Shown: in pieces, positions 41,420 through 55,652 of the stretch
Numbering within the stretch: the first letter of the stretch is position 1
How the letters are laid out: each line of letters starts with the position of its first letter
Source: Eledone cirrhosa
Taxonomy: Eukaryota
Length of the DNA stretch: 64,000 bases
Direction of reading: 5' to 3'
Assembly: GCA_964016885.1 (NCBI GenBank)
Contig: OZ024742.1
Coordinates: forward strand, 143,592,001 to 143,656,000
Notes under the pieces: generated by a model
The model's database searches: none
Seen by the model: the letters and a program-made list of their open reading frames with translations, nothing else
Told to the model about the DNA's origin: nothing
Program-made: the position numbers and the translations under genes

Positions 41420-41714
41420 AGAAGTTCTATTTAAATTGTTGGGATACAACAAGCAAATATTTTTATAACTGATATAAAGCACTCAACAAATTATTGGAGT
41501 AAGATACGATATATTAACAAATGGAAACTATATTTATAAAACCATATTTATTTCATTATACATATTTCAAGGACACATTCTTTAAGGGTATGTCAATATT
41601 TCTTTAATAAACTGATCTATATTATATTTTATCTGATATTTTAACTTGGTGTCCTTGAAATATGTATAATGAAATAAATATGGTTTTATAAATATAGTTT
41701 CCATTTGTTAATAT

Positions 41715-41716
<2 letters not shown>
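41420..41716. mobile_element. Inverted pair of fragments of the 20834-21077 family
   Basis: 41420-41576 is reverse-strand and 41576-41716 forward; the hammerhead in the forward arm has a deletion; (TA)n flanks. Confidence 0.8.
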
Positions 41717-41775
<59 letters not shown>

Positions 41776-42205
41776 TACCCCACTTTCTTCCTCTCCCTTC
41801 TCCCTCTCACTTTCACCCCCTCGCTTGACCGTTTAGCAGTTCTCTTCTCACTTACAACTGCGGCGATCAGAAGTGTGTCTTTTTCCTCTCGACCAGTCAG
41901 TCTTGAACTTAAGTTCTCTTATCGAGTGGTCTTGGATTTCCTTACTTTAAGTTGCTCGCACGTTGCTCGGTTTGTTGTTGTTTTTTTTCGCTGTTTTTTT
42001 TTTCCTGTTTTCTCTTTTCTTTCCTTTTGCTTTCCTTCCCTCACTCCTCCGTCTTTCCAATAACTTATTCAGTTATTGAAGCGTAGACATATCCGAGACC
42101 CTCCGTAGATAACTGATGAGGAAAACTCCCCACCCCCCCTTCTTGCTTTCTTCGTATTCCCACTGCATTTTAAGTTACCTTAAATAGCAACTATACAGCC
42201 ATTCC

Positions 42206-42341
<136 letters not shown>

Positions 42342-42621
42342 CAAAGAAAGTGTGGTAAGAAAACAGGTGGACCAGAGTACTCGATTTATATGTTATAGTG
42401 TAATACTTCACTATTTTCATTGGTAAGGTGAGATAAGCTCGAAGCACTTTACCGTCTTCAGGAGTGAAAAGAAACTGTGTGAATAAAAGGCAGTTCAGAG
42501 AGCAGAGCATTTAAAATTCAAATTCTAAGCAACCCAAGGATAAAATATTATTATGTATTTATATATCTCTATAAATATTTTAACAATCTCTAACCAATTT
42601 ATAGTTTTAACATATTTTAAC

Positions 42622-43106
42622 AAATGGAAAAAATGAAACGAAATTTCATTTCTCACTCTTAGTACGGCTGTTACTTAAATATAAGTATGTACACGTACAT
42701 ACATATATGTATACAGACGTACAGTAGTATGTATATATATACATACATGCACACACATATATATATGTACGTATGGATTTACCGAACATTTATTATAATG
42801 CTCGGTTTGTTTGTAAACAAACATCCAGAATTAAGCCGTACAGTGTTTAGCAACCATCGTTGCCCTTTTGTTCAACACTGACAAAGGAACGATGTACTAG
42901 TTTCAAGCTTATTAGCTATCGTCAGCACCGTATACCTTCCTGCCAGATGATTGAACGTCTGAAAGTATATACTTTCCTTATGCATATTCACGGCTGAGCA
43001 GCCTAATTTGCATATCGAGTGAGTTAATTGGCCGGGCGCACCGAAAACGATAAATGGAAAAAATGAAACGAAATTTCATTTCTCACTCTTAGTACGGCTG
43101 TTACTT
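42622..43106 (-). mobile_element. Hammerhead-bearing ~430-bp family, locus C (one full monomer plus ~55 bp)
   Basis: AAATGGAAAAAATGAAACG at 42622 and 43052 (period 430). Confidence 0.9.
42889..42931 (-). ncRNA. Minimal type I hammerhead, intact core
   Basis: ACGGTG-CTGACGA-T-AGCT[AATA]AGCT-T-GAAAC-TA-GTA-CATCGT. Confidence 0.87.
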
Positions 43107-43401
43107 ATATATAATTATGTATACGTGTCTAAAACCTACGCAAGCTTATATTATTTTTGCATTTGAAATTTTAACTGCCTGCCTAAATGTTCCTTGCTTT
43201 AAATCCTCTATTGTTCTTGATATTTGTCTTATGATAATAATATATTGTTATTTTATTTTACATATTTCCTAAAGAGAAACGCTTGGAATAAATCACCGAT
43301 AATGGAGTTAATTGTTAACTCGTAATATCCAGTTTTTTTCTCCACAAATGAATGCGATATTCTAACCGCATTGAAACGTCCGTAGAGATGTGTAAATAAC
43401 T

Positions 43402-43592
43402 AATAATTGTTTCTACTCTTGGCTCAAGGCCAGCAATTATCCCAGTGCATTACTGATACGTTATTTTATCGAGCCGTAAGGATGAAATGCAAAGTTAATC
43501 TCGGCGTGATTTGAACTCAGAACGTAAAGAGCCATATCTCTATGCTGTAAAGTATGGTGTCTGACGCTCTACCGATACTGCCAATTCACTGC
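43402..43592 (-). mobile_element. SINE (major family); truncated copy also at ~43825-43958 (-)
   Basis: Reverse complement of head, core and tail motifs. Confidence 0.87.
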
Positions 43593-43637
43593 CTGTGTAA
43601 ATAAATAATAATATCCTAACCTTGGCTTTCTTAAAAT

Positions 43638-43682
<45 letters not shown>

Positions 43683-43724
43683 TATGCATACGTACATACA
43701 TATATATATATACACGCATGTATG

Positions 43725-43796
<72 letters not shown>

Positions 43797-43957
43797 TAGG
43801 TACCTGTGGGTTATATCGAATATTAATAATTGTTTCTACTTTAGGCACAAGGCCAGCAATTACACCAGTGCATTACTGGTACTTTATTTTATCGACCCCG
43901 CAAGGATGAAAGGCAAAGTCAACCTCGGCGGGATTTGAACTCAGATCGTAAAGGGAC

Positions 43958-44313
43958 ATTAATAATAATATTCGATTCGTTTGTAAACAAATGGCCCGAT
44001 TAAAGGTTGTGCCGTGCCGATGACAAATCGTTATCCGTTTGTTCAACACTGGCATTGAGGAACAATCAATATATTTCTGGGTCATTACCTTTCATCAGGA
44101 CTGCATACCTCTGCCAATCTGTTGAACGGTTGAAAATATATAGTATTTTCTTAAGTACACATCGGCAGATTGGCAGAGGTATACAGTCCTGATGACCCCA
44201 AAACATGTTGATTGTTCCTCAATGAAAGTGTTGAACAAACGGATGACGATTTGTCACCGGCACAACTTTAATCGGGCCGTTTGTTTACAAACGAATAGAA
44301 TATTATTATTATT
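43958..44313. mobile_element. Inverted pair of a sister hammerhead family related to the 430-bp repeat
   Basis: Arms ~43958-44122/44166-44313. Minus arm 44062-44104: GCAGTC-CTGATGA-AAGGT[AATG]ACCCA-GAAAT-AT-ATT-GATTGT. Shares TTTGTAAACAAA, TTTGTTCAACACTG and ATACCT..CTGCCA blocks with loci A-C. Confidence 0.8.
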
Positions 44314-44500
44314 GGATTGGCAGTATCGGTAGAGGGTCGGACGCCATGCTTTGACGCATAGAGTTACGGCCCTTGCCATTCTGAGTTCAAAACCCGCTGA
44401 GGTTAACTTTGCCTTTCATCCTTACAGGGTCGATAAAATAAAGTACCAGTAATACACTGGGTAACTGCTGGCCTTGTGCCTAAAGTAGAAACAATTATTA
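44313..44500 (+). mobile_element. SINE (major family)
   Basis: Full head, core and tail. Confidence 0.9.
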
Positions 44501-44673
44501 TGTTTGCTTTTCCCATATGTGATTTTATTAGACTCTGAATCTGTTGATTTTATTAGACTCTTTCATAGAGCCAAACTTAGTATCAGTTGGACGCTCGTGT
44601 ATGTATCTATACTCGTTTAGATATATATAGTTCTTCGTTTTATATAATATACATACTTACATACATATATATA

Positions 44674-44762
<89 letters not shown>

Positions 44763-44935
44763 TAAGATCAAAACAAATATCATCATGCAACAACATTTGT
44801 GTTTTCATCAGATAAAATAGGAAGACATGATATGAAGGTTAAAAACACTTGTGGATAGTGCAGTTTTAAATCAACATATCATATCTGCATTGCTTTATTG
44901 TACTACAATATTGTACTACAATAAAACTCACCTCC

Positions 44936-44977
<42 letters not shown>

Positions 44978-44980
<3 letters not shown>

Positions 44981-45164
44981 ATTGTTTCTACTTTAGGCAC
45001 AAGGCCAGCAATTACCCAGTGCATTACTGGTAATTTATTTTATCGACCCCGTAAGGATGAAAGGCAAAGTCAACCTCAGCGGGATTTGAACTCAGATCAT
45101 AAAGGGACGTAACTATGCTGGAAAGCATGGCGCGCGACCCTCTACCGATACTGCCAATCCACCA
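44978..45164 (-). mobile_element. SINE (major family)
   Basis: Full reverse-complement copy inside (TA)n. Confidence 0.9.
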
Positions 45165-45305
45165 CATATATATATATAATAATAATAATAATAAAAAGTG
45201 GAGAGGAGGCACACGAGTTAGGATATATATATATATAGAGAGAGAGAGACACAGAAAAAAAAAAAAAATTTTTTTTCTTCCTCATAATCGTCTCTTTCTC
45301 CGTGT

Positions 45306-45468
<163 letters not shown>

Positions 45469-45887
45469 AAGAGAAAGATGGAGAATGGATAGAGAAGGAG
45501 ACAGAAAAAAGTTATATCCAAAGGAAGGGAAACTGGTTGAGAGAATGGGGCTGGGACATATAAAGACAGACTTAAAGATAAATCGGAAGAGACTAAGATT
45601 GGGAGTAGGAAGTGTATAATGTACTGAAAAGTAACAAGGAATTAATCTAAAATTATATTTTGTAATGAATGTAAAACGGTAGTGGTGTTGGTAGTGAGAA
45701 GATATATGCAGACAACCTACTCACACACGTTCGCGCACACATATATATGTATGGATGTATGTACGTATGAATGCATGTATTTATCTGCATATAAGCAAAG
45801 ATGCATACATATATTTACATGTATATTTAGAAAGAGAAAAATAGAAAAACTGTGTGTAAGTAAGGATGAGAGCAGTTAGAGCCCCCT

Positions 45888-45982
<95 letters not shown>

Positions 45983-47020
45983 TAGGAAGAACTACTTCAC
46001 AATATAATATAGTATATTCGTTATATTTTATATATTCTGATATTTTCTTGTATCTTTTAGAATTAGTTTCTGTTTGAAGACAACAACCAATGAACTGTTT
46101 GAATATATCCTTACGTTTGTAGTTAGCACGAACACTTAAAGAATGGAAAGAAGAAAAAAATAGATGGGTGTGCGCAAGATTTTTTGGGGTAAAACCTGTC
46201 TTTCAACATTAAGATAACATGATAGACAACTGGAATTTCACCGAAAGAAAGAAATTTACATATAAATGAATAAATGAATAAATAAATGAATAAATAATGC
46301 TATGGAATTGTAGGGGAAATTGGCGCAAATGAATAAAGAAGAGAAATAAAGAGGTGGGGTAATGGTAAAGAAGAGAGTAACATAGAAGTATAAGAGAGAG
46401 ATGCATACAGAGAAATGGGGAAGTTATTTATATATAGAAAGACAGAAGATTTAAAGGAAGATAGGAAGAGGCGACTGGTTGAGAAGATTTGAGACAGGAA
46501 ATTATGCTCGTGTTTCTGTTTTCTATCTTTAATTCTTTTAGATTATAATCTGGGTTTTTTGAGGAAAGAAAATCTTCCCAAATAGGATTAAAATAAAATA
46601 TCTAGATTGCAGAATAAATCTTATCTCTCGGATGACACCGCGAAATAGGAAAATGTTTTTGATATTAACATTGAGAAGTTTACTTGCTTTCGGCTGATAT
46701 ATTGTTGTGCTATGCAAGATTGTTAGAAAAAGGACATCTAAATCACGATAAGGTTTCTTTGTTGATAGAACAGACAGATGTATCTCACAGATAATATAAA
46801 TAGTGAAAATTGTGGAAACAAAGGTATGTGCTTTAAATATCAAATAGTAACGACTGTAACACTGCACGTTGAACGTTTCCTTTATAATATTTCTAAATTA
46901 ATTTGATTAATAGAGTATATGTGACTGAATATTAAGTCATATGTATCATATAACTTGTGTTAGGACAAAATGAGTGTAGCGAATATTTCCTGCTAAATAG
47001 AAAGGGTTTCTAAGTGTGTG

Positions 47021-47081
<61 letters not shown>

Positions 47082-47126
47082 TGTATGTATATGTGTCTGT
47101 GACCAGTGTATAGGTCACAGACACCC

Positions 47127-47176
<50 letters not shown>

Positions 47177-47296
47177 CTATATATATATATACACACACAT
47201 ATATATATATATATATATATGGGCCTTCCAATTTCATTTTAGATTAAATATATGTCTGAGTATATTTTAATTATTAGAAAATTATTGTTAAGTAAA

Positions 47297-47325
47297 CGTG
47301 ACCCAGCGGGTCACGGGTTGTCTAG
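47297..47325 (+). mobile_element. Helitron-type 3' terminus
   Basis: Hairpin CGTGACCC[AGC]GGGTCACG, then CTAG 6 nt later followed by T. Confidence 0.6.
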
Positions 47326-50300
47326 TAATCAATTAAATCGAGAAATAGCAAAAAAACTAACATTATAGAACAAAAGAAACACTTCATAGCTTGTCCCCCT
47401 TGAATGGTAAAATGTAAGATGTGGTCATGCTAAACTAAGGTAGCCAACAAAATTTAATTCCATAGCAAACATATCGGTAAAAATATTTCGCAATCTTTGA
47501 AACATTTTACTTAATTCCTTGAAAGGAATTATGCAAATATTTTCTTTGTAATACTGATAATCACAAATAATATTGAAGGTGTTATTGTGATTTTCTGCCC
47601 TTAAAATGTTTACATGATGTAAAGAGGTATCGTTACTCTTACTTAAGCATAGTCTGGACGGCATAAATATGCCTTTGCTCATATTTTAAACAGATTTTGG
47701 AGATCGGCATTTTTCCAACAAAAACAAAATATGCAAAAGTTATTCCTATATCCATGTCTGGAGATAACTATAAATTTCAAAAACTATCATTCTGAAAAAA
47801 TAAAAAAAAACAATAAACGATTATGGTTTGGCAAATTATTAATTTTCCATGGTTCTCTTTTATCTGTTCAATTCTTTAAATTTAAGTAAAATAGCTGATA
47901 CGCTTTGCCTAAACTCGAGTTGCTCAATTTTTCTAGACTGAATAAAAAAAATGCTCTTGATACCATTATATATTACTACTAAAATTACACAATGTTTGTT
48001 AATGAGGCATATCTAGTAGTTTAAAATACGAAGTGGATAAGATGCAGTTCCAAGAACTGGCTAACTTCAGTGCTTCCGAGATTAGTATTGCTTAATATAT
48101 CACCAGGACTCAAACCTTAGTTCACTTTTATTTACGATTTATAAATGATTTATATACAGATATAAATTTAGGTCTATTCTACTTTAATGACGATACAACT
48201 ACAACCCTTGGTGACTTAAAAATATTTTTTTTAAAGTCTGAACCAGGAATTAATCAACATAGGAGGCTGGGCATAAAAATTGAAAAAAAAAATGTATTAT
48301 TTACATAGCTCAAGTGCTGGTCGCTTTATTACCAATGTTGGCTTACAGCATTTAAGTGATACTTAGAAAGCATAGATAGCTGTACAATATCTCATTTTTT
48401 TCATCAATGATAAAGAATAAATAGATAATAGAATTAAGTGAACTCAGTATGTTAATCTAATCAACCTGAAATTTGAACATCTATATTTGCTACAAAACGA
48501 TGCCAGAAATCCCTTCCTGTAAACACATTGATAAACTTTTATATTTCCCTTGTGCAGCGACAGCTAAATTATGATATTCTAATTTCAGGAAAATGCGAAT
48601 AAATTGATATTAAACTGTTCCGAAGAGCTCAATGAAATGTCAGTAAGGATGGAACATACACATACAAAAAAGAAAGAAAAGAGAAATGAAAACTAAACCA
48701 TTGTTGAAGAAGTGTGGAATACTAACTATAAGACATTCATTTCATGGAAATGCCACATCATTTATAAATAACCACATAGATTATTAATCCCCAAAGCCTT
48801 TCTATAATATGTTTGTAAAGGATAGCTGTTTTGGGGATAGCTCTAGAACCAGACAAAGTGGGAGTATATTGTTTACTAAAAAAGGCACAAGGCTACAAAA
48901 TTGGATGAGGGGAAAAATCGATTAATTTGAGCCTAATACTTAGCAGGTACATTCCCCCTCTGGTCCCGGAAGGATAAAAGGCAAAATCATCCTAATTTGA
49001 ACGCAGAACATAATGGAACGCATCTAAATACTTAAAAGCGCTTAATCCGATGATTCTGCCAATACACATATTTTCTTTGTAAAACATATTTTAGCACGGG
49101 ATAGAAATCATTATATAGTATATCCGCAAAACCATACATGATCGATTGATTTCAAATTATTACGTTACTGGTATTATTTTATTGGGGAAAGACAAAGTCG
49201 ATCTAAGTAGTAGAAATATATGTAAATTGGCTATACACACACAACGCCCAGATTCCCAGACACACCTTCCTCAAATATTGAGCAGGTTAGGGCAGAAATT
49301 GCGGTATAAATAACTTTTTAAAAAGGCTCTCAATGATAATCTAATACAGAACTATATTAGTTTTGTTAGGTATTATTATTGATATTGTTGTATAGAAGAA
49401 AGTCCACTTCAAAGCAGTGGATGGGGAATTGTTATAACTACGGCTGAAATACTTTATTGTATTTATTCCGGTTCTTTGCGATCTAATTTCTTGTGTGATC
49501 GGTTTTAACTCTCGCCTCGTTTAACACCACTGCCTGATCCTTGGATGCCTTCAGTCGAGTTCACTTTGTCGTAAACATTCGAATAAGTCTCCAGTTTTAG
49601 GATAACTTCCTTCCAGTCGCGTAACAGTCTCCGAGGCCTGGAAAGAAAAGGGCCACAGGCGCTACCCTTCTCTCTTTGACTAATCGGTAAAAAAAGGCCA
49701 GTCCTGATGGAGCAAACATGTTATCAAAAGCATTCCAACCATGACCAGCACATCCTTTTGTATATCTAAAACTACATTGTCCAACGTATCCTTCTTTTTC
49801 TAATGTATTTGGGTGTGACAACAGTAGAAGCAGCAGCAACAAGAAAAACAACAACAACAATAATAATAACAACAATAACAGCAACCGCACATCAATAATT
49901 AAAGAGATGTGACCAAACTAAGCTAGGAAGTTTGGTAACAAAAGTTGTTAAACCGCTATATTTTTTTTAATTCATTTTTCAATAGATTTTTAGATTTTTA
50001 AATTTCGAAGTTGGACTTGTTTGACAAGCGACTCAATCTGATACCGTGTCTTCAAACTGAATGCATTACATCACAGTAGAGTCATTATAATCATTAAAGA
50101 AACACAAAATATATTATATTCAATTTCCATTTATTCTGTCGTTTTGCATTTTCATCGCATACTTTGAGGCCTGGTCACTGAGACACTTTCACTTCAGTGA
50201 AAAGTTGATTAACAAATTTCGTGTCTGTGTTTTTTTTTTTTAAATGGCTATAATGCCTCTTCCACAACGTTTTAAATATTATTAAAAATATCTAAATTCA

Positions 50301-51102
50301 ATTCTTTACGTTGTATGTACAAGGCTTAATCGATGGACAAGATCACAGATCTCATTCGTTTCCATGGGTCTTTCCATTGCTGATATTATCTATCGGTCAC
50401 AACTCCTTGCAGAAAGAGCAACGTGAAATAAAGTGTCTTGCTCAAAGACATAGAGCATCACCCTGTCCGGGAATCGAACTTGCAACCTCACGATTGCAAA
50501 TCCAATTCTCTAATCTCTAAACTACGCACCTTCACAAGTTAGATATAGTTTGGGCCAATCCTGTTTGAAAACGGTCCAAGTTTATTTAGGTAAAGATTAG
50601 ACTGACGTAATATTAAAAAAATAGCATTTTATTCAGAATTTAAATTTATCGAAGCTAAGTTTAAGCTTATTTAATATTAATAAACAGTATTTTATTGAAT
50701 ATTTCAATTTATCTAAGCTAAGTATAGACTTATGTAACATTAATAAACAGTATTTCATCCAATATGTTTATGCTATTTTAAGTTACTTTTTATAGATTTG
50801 TATTCTCTTTTATATTATTTTAAAATATGAATGGTCTGGAAGACAGCTTATGCTAAGAAAAAGCGCCTGTTTGATTGTTTAACTGTAAATGTCCCAGTTT
50901 TCAATATATAACTGTTTACCTTTCATATTTTTGCTTTTTATTCTCCCTCAATTACCAATACCTGTCTGTCTGTCTGTATGTATGTCTGTCTGTCTGTCTG
51001 TATGTATGTATGTCTGTATGTATGTATGTATGTACGCATGTATGTATGTATGATTGTGTTGCATGGATGTATGTCTCTATGTTTGATTTTATGTATGTAT
51101 GC

Positions 51103-51146
<44 letters not shown>

Positions 51147-51205
51147 TTGTATAAAATCAAATAAAGTAATATTTCTATTTGTTTATCTACCTATATACGT
51201 TATAC

Positions 51206-51279
<74 letters not shown>

Positions 51280-51465
51280 GTATATACGTATATATATATA
51301 CGTATATATACGTATATATGTATATATATATACGTATATATATATATACACACACGTATATACGTATATATATATATATATACGTATATATATACGTATA
51401 TATATATATATATATATATATACACGATTTCATATAAAAAACCTCGCAAAACTAATTCATCGCCG

Positions 51466-51583
<118 letters not shown>

Positions 51584-52187
51584 ATGTATCTACGTATGTA
51601 CGTACGTACATACATACATACATACACACATACACGTATGTATGTATGCATGTATGTACGTATGTATGAATATATGCATGTATGAGGTTTAGCTCTAGTT
51701 AAAGGAAGACGTAAAGGAAATTAAAAGATGTTATTTTTCAGAATATGGTATACACTTATACCCGAAACAAGTATTTGGCAGTGCGACAGTACTAATAATT
51801 AAAATAATAATTTCCTACTTTGGCACAAAGACACACATTTTGAAGGGTCGTGGAGTGGTGGTAGTGTATGAAAACAATTCCAGTATACTATTGGTACTTA
51901 TTTTATCCCTGGAATGGGTATAAGGATATCAAAGTTAGGATGAAAGGCAAACACACTAATATTTAGATTAATAAATTAAATTAAAATAACATAATTATAC
52001 ATAAATAGAGTGCTGCAGTTTCGTACAGTAATCTTCTTGGCATATTACTTTGTTATTAGTTTTAGTTCCTTCTTTGCCTCATCAGGTCAACGAACGATCT
52101 CAAATGACTTCTTTGGCAAGCAATATGCACATGTTATGAAAGTTCCGTGGTAGAATAGAAAGATAAATTCCAATCGCTTTCTTTCGA

Positions 52188-52271
<84 letters not shown>

Positions 52272-52549
52272 CTTTTCAAGACACCATGTTATCAATTTTA
52301 CTCAATTTTGTAAGGGGGAGAGAGAGGGGAGAAAGAGAGAAGAAAGAAAATTTATTCCAGTACTTAACTGGTGCTAGATTTATCGACTCCGTAGGGATGA
52401 AAGACAACTTCGGTTTCGGTAGGATTTGAACTTGGGGTGCAGAAAACCAGAAAAATACAACAAGGCATTGTATCTGATGTTTTCTGTAATATTAAGTAAC
52501 AATTGGCGTAGTTATAAACACGTGAATCGAACTAAAGTAGAATAGACAT

Positions 52550-52722
52550 TATAATTGTTTCTACTTTTGGAACAAGGCCAGCAATTACCCAGTGTATTAC
52601 TGGTACTTTATTTCATCGATCCTGTAAGGATGAAAGGCAAAGTTAACCTCGGCGGGATTTGAACTCAGACCATAAAGGGCCGTAACTCTTTGCTGCAAGG
52701 CATGGCGTCCGACCCTCTACAA
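52550..52722 (-). mobile_element. SINE (major family), slightly 5'-truncated, with probable TSD
   Basis: Reverse-complement core and tail; AATAGACATTATAAT occurs on both sides (~52540 and ~52721). Confidence 0.88.
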
Positions 52723-53748
52723 TAGACATTATAATGTTTGAAATGCAGAGTTCAAATCCCAACTCTACTGGGTTCACGTTCCATTGTAAATAAGATAAGT
52801 ACAAATATATCAACTGTTCACATCCTATAGATATTTGGTTTTGTGTCTGAGTTAGCAAAAAATACCTAAAACAGAGAACATTGGGAAAAGGATTTGCAGT
52901 ATTTATGCTCTGGATTCAGATCCTACTGAGATCAACTTTGCCTTTCATCCTTCTAGAGTCGATAAAGTACTAATCAAACAGTGGGGTGGATATTCTCAAC
53001 TGTTCTCTTATCCACAATTTGAGACTTTGTGTCTACGAAAAAAACATCAATATTTGAAATACAGAGTTTTATTTTTTGTGATTAAAAAAAAATAAAGTCA
53101 ACGGAAATGCATATTTTTGAAACAAGATTTTTATAAATATGTATTGCTACTTCAGACGAGATTACGTCATAGCTGAAAGACCTAAAATGTATGTGATCTT
53201 TAAGTGGAAATAACTGAAGTTCTTAGTAATTAAATTAAAACCTTAGTAAAATAATACTCAGTTTATTTTAAAAGTAGGTCGTCTGTCGCGACTGTTTACT
53301 TGTCAGTGTTGAATATTTAAGAATAACATTTTTGGTAAAAGGTTCTATGCTGTGTTTTAATGATCTGGTGTAAAACCTTATGAATATTGATAATTCAAAC
53401 TGTGGAGCGAGGAAGGCTCTTACCGGAAATTAAATTTCTTTTCTTCCTCTAAGCATAACATTTATTCCACTGTTTTAAATATATGTACTATTTTTTGTCG
53501 ATAAAGAACATCTCTAGTTTTCTTGGGTTCAACTGTTTTACTTATCAATATTAGTTTGTATCCAGTAAATACAAAAGAAAAAAATGAAAGAATGAAATGG
53601 AAAGTTATGACATCCAAGCTTTTCTCAAGAGCAATAACATACCGAGATAAAATCCCGGCGAAGTCAATTTTGCTTTTCATGCTTGCGGGGGTTGAGAAAA
53701 TACACTAGCCGCCAAGTACTGGGCAATTTATATTCTCTTCCTATAAAG

Positions 53749-54094
53749 CAGAGGTTTTCAAAGTGGGCGCTACTGCTCTCCGGGAGGCGCTGGGGGCGGG
53801 GGCGGTAGAGATGATATAATAGTATATCAAATATCAAATGATATATATTATATATAAATATAGTAAAATAAGAAATATATAATATTTATTTATACATAGT
53901 ATATATTATATTATTTGTTATATATAAATTAACGGTTTTATTTATTATATATTATTTACAATTTGCGTGTAGACAGAACTCTCTGGAAATAAGTTTTTTT
54001 GTGTGTGTAGGGGGGGGGGGGTATTACGCGGCCGTGGTGGTGGCGGTGGTGGTGGTGGTGGTGGGAGGGGGGCTACAAAGTTTGAGAACCTTTG
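53749..54094. mobile_element. hAT (Charlie-like) MITE with 8-bp TSD
   Basis: TIRs CAGAGGTTTTCAAAGT / AGTTTGAGAACCTTTG; TSD CTATAAAG at 53741-53748 and 54095-54102. Confidence 0.9.
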
Positions 54095-54864
54095 CTATAA
54101 AGCATACAAGATGTGAATGAAATAATACTAGAAAAAAAAAGGTTGCTTAATCTAAGAAGCAAAATTGTCAGTTTTCTCCAAATAGAAGCTTACATCTTGC
54201 TTTATAGTGTTTCTTATTACTAACAGTTTCATTTGAATGAGAACAAATGTGTTGAAGGGGCAAGGTGGGTGCTATTTTAATTGAATCTATTCTAGTATAT
54301 TCATTAGTAACTTCATTATACTCAGCCATTACCTGTCTACTGCAAAGCAAAGCTCTCCCCAAATTGATATTATCATATACCGCTCTCATCCATATAACGC
54401 CCATAAACTTATCGATCTCATCTTTCCGTCTCGTCTTATGTCTTCCTCGACTGCGTGAATCTGCTTCCCTTGGTCTCTACCGTACTTATTGCATGCCATT
54501 AGGGATTTCTAAGATACGAAAAAGGCTACAAATTTAGGAGAGGTTAGTCGATTATATCGAATCGGGTTAGTATTTATCAACATCTGAAACATTGAAGAGA
54601 AATTTGACCTCAATGGTATTTAAACGCTATACCGAGAGGGCTGTAACTAAATTGCAAAGTTTCTTTTATCTTACCTAACTTGATAATATTGATTTCTTCA
54701 GACTATTTACAATATTCCATGTTTAAAAGGGAAATTATGTAACACTAACCCTTACTTTTCTAAAGGGAGAAGTGGCGAAAGTCAAGTGAAGTGGTTTCAC
54801 TTGGAAATCGAAAATGTTTTATAGATTCGGCTAGTCACTAACAAATTGTACAGAAATCACATTT

Positions 54865-55652
54865 ATTAATTGCCTTTGGTCATAGATATTAGTTGTCACT
54901 GATCACTGATACTAATTGCCATTGATCACTGATTTTAATTAGTTGCCTTTGACCATAGATGTTAGTTGCCATTGATCCCTGATTTTAGTTACTTTTGATT
55001 ACCAACATTGCTTGCCTTTGATCGAAGATATTAATTGCTTTTTTGTTACAGGTTCTACCTACCTTTGATCCATGATATCGAATACCTTTGATCAGAGATT
55101 CTAGCTGCCTTTGATCACAGATATAAGTTGCATTTGATCAAAGGTTCTAGCTGCCTTTGATCACAAACATTACTTACTTTTGATCGCAGATAGTAATTGC
55201 CTTTGATCACAGATTCTAGCTGGCATTGGTCACGGATATTAGTTGCTTTTCATCACTGATATTTGTTGCCTTTGATTACTGATATTTGTTGCCTCTGATT
55301 ACTGATATTATTTGCCCTGATCAATGATATTAGTTGCTTTTGGTAACTGTTATTAGTTGTCTTCAACCACTGATATCATTTGACTCTTATCCCTACTTTT
55401 AGTTGCCTTTGATAACTGATATTTGTTATCTTTGATCACTGTTATCGTTGATCACTGTTATCGTTGATCACTGTTATCTTTGATCACTGTTATCGTTGAT
55501 CACTGTTATCGTTGATCACTGTTATCTTTGATCACTGTTATCGTTGATCACTATTATCGTTGATCACTGTTACAGTTCATCACTGTTATTGTTGATCTCA
55601 CATATTTTCGTTGCCTTTGATCCCAGATATCAGTTGTCTTTGATCATTGTTA
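54865..55652. repeat. Minisatellite: degenerate ~21-bp units with an internal homogeneous 16-bp array
   Basis: TTGCCTTTGATCACTGATATTAG-like units; GATCACTGTTATCGTT repeats at ~55430-55600. Confidence 0.9.

Noticed and set aside
42400-42468. CTGAAGA...GGTAA/TTACC...GAAA on the minus strand
   Set aside because: Stem III and cleavage triplet are missing; at best a decayed relic.
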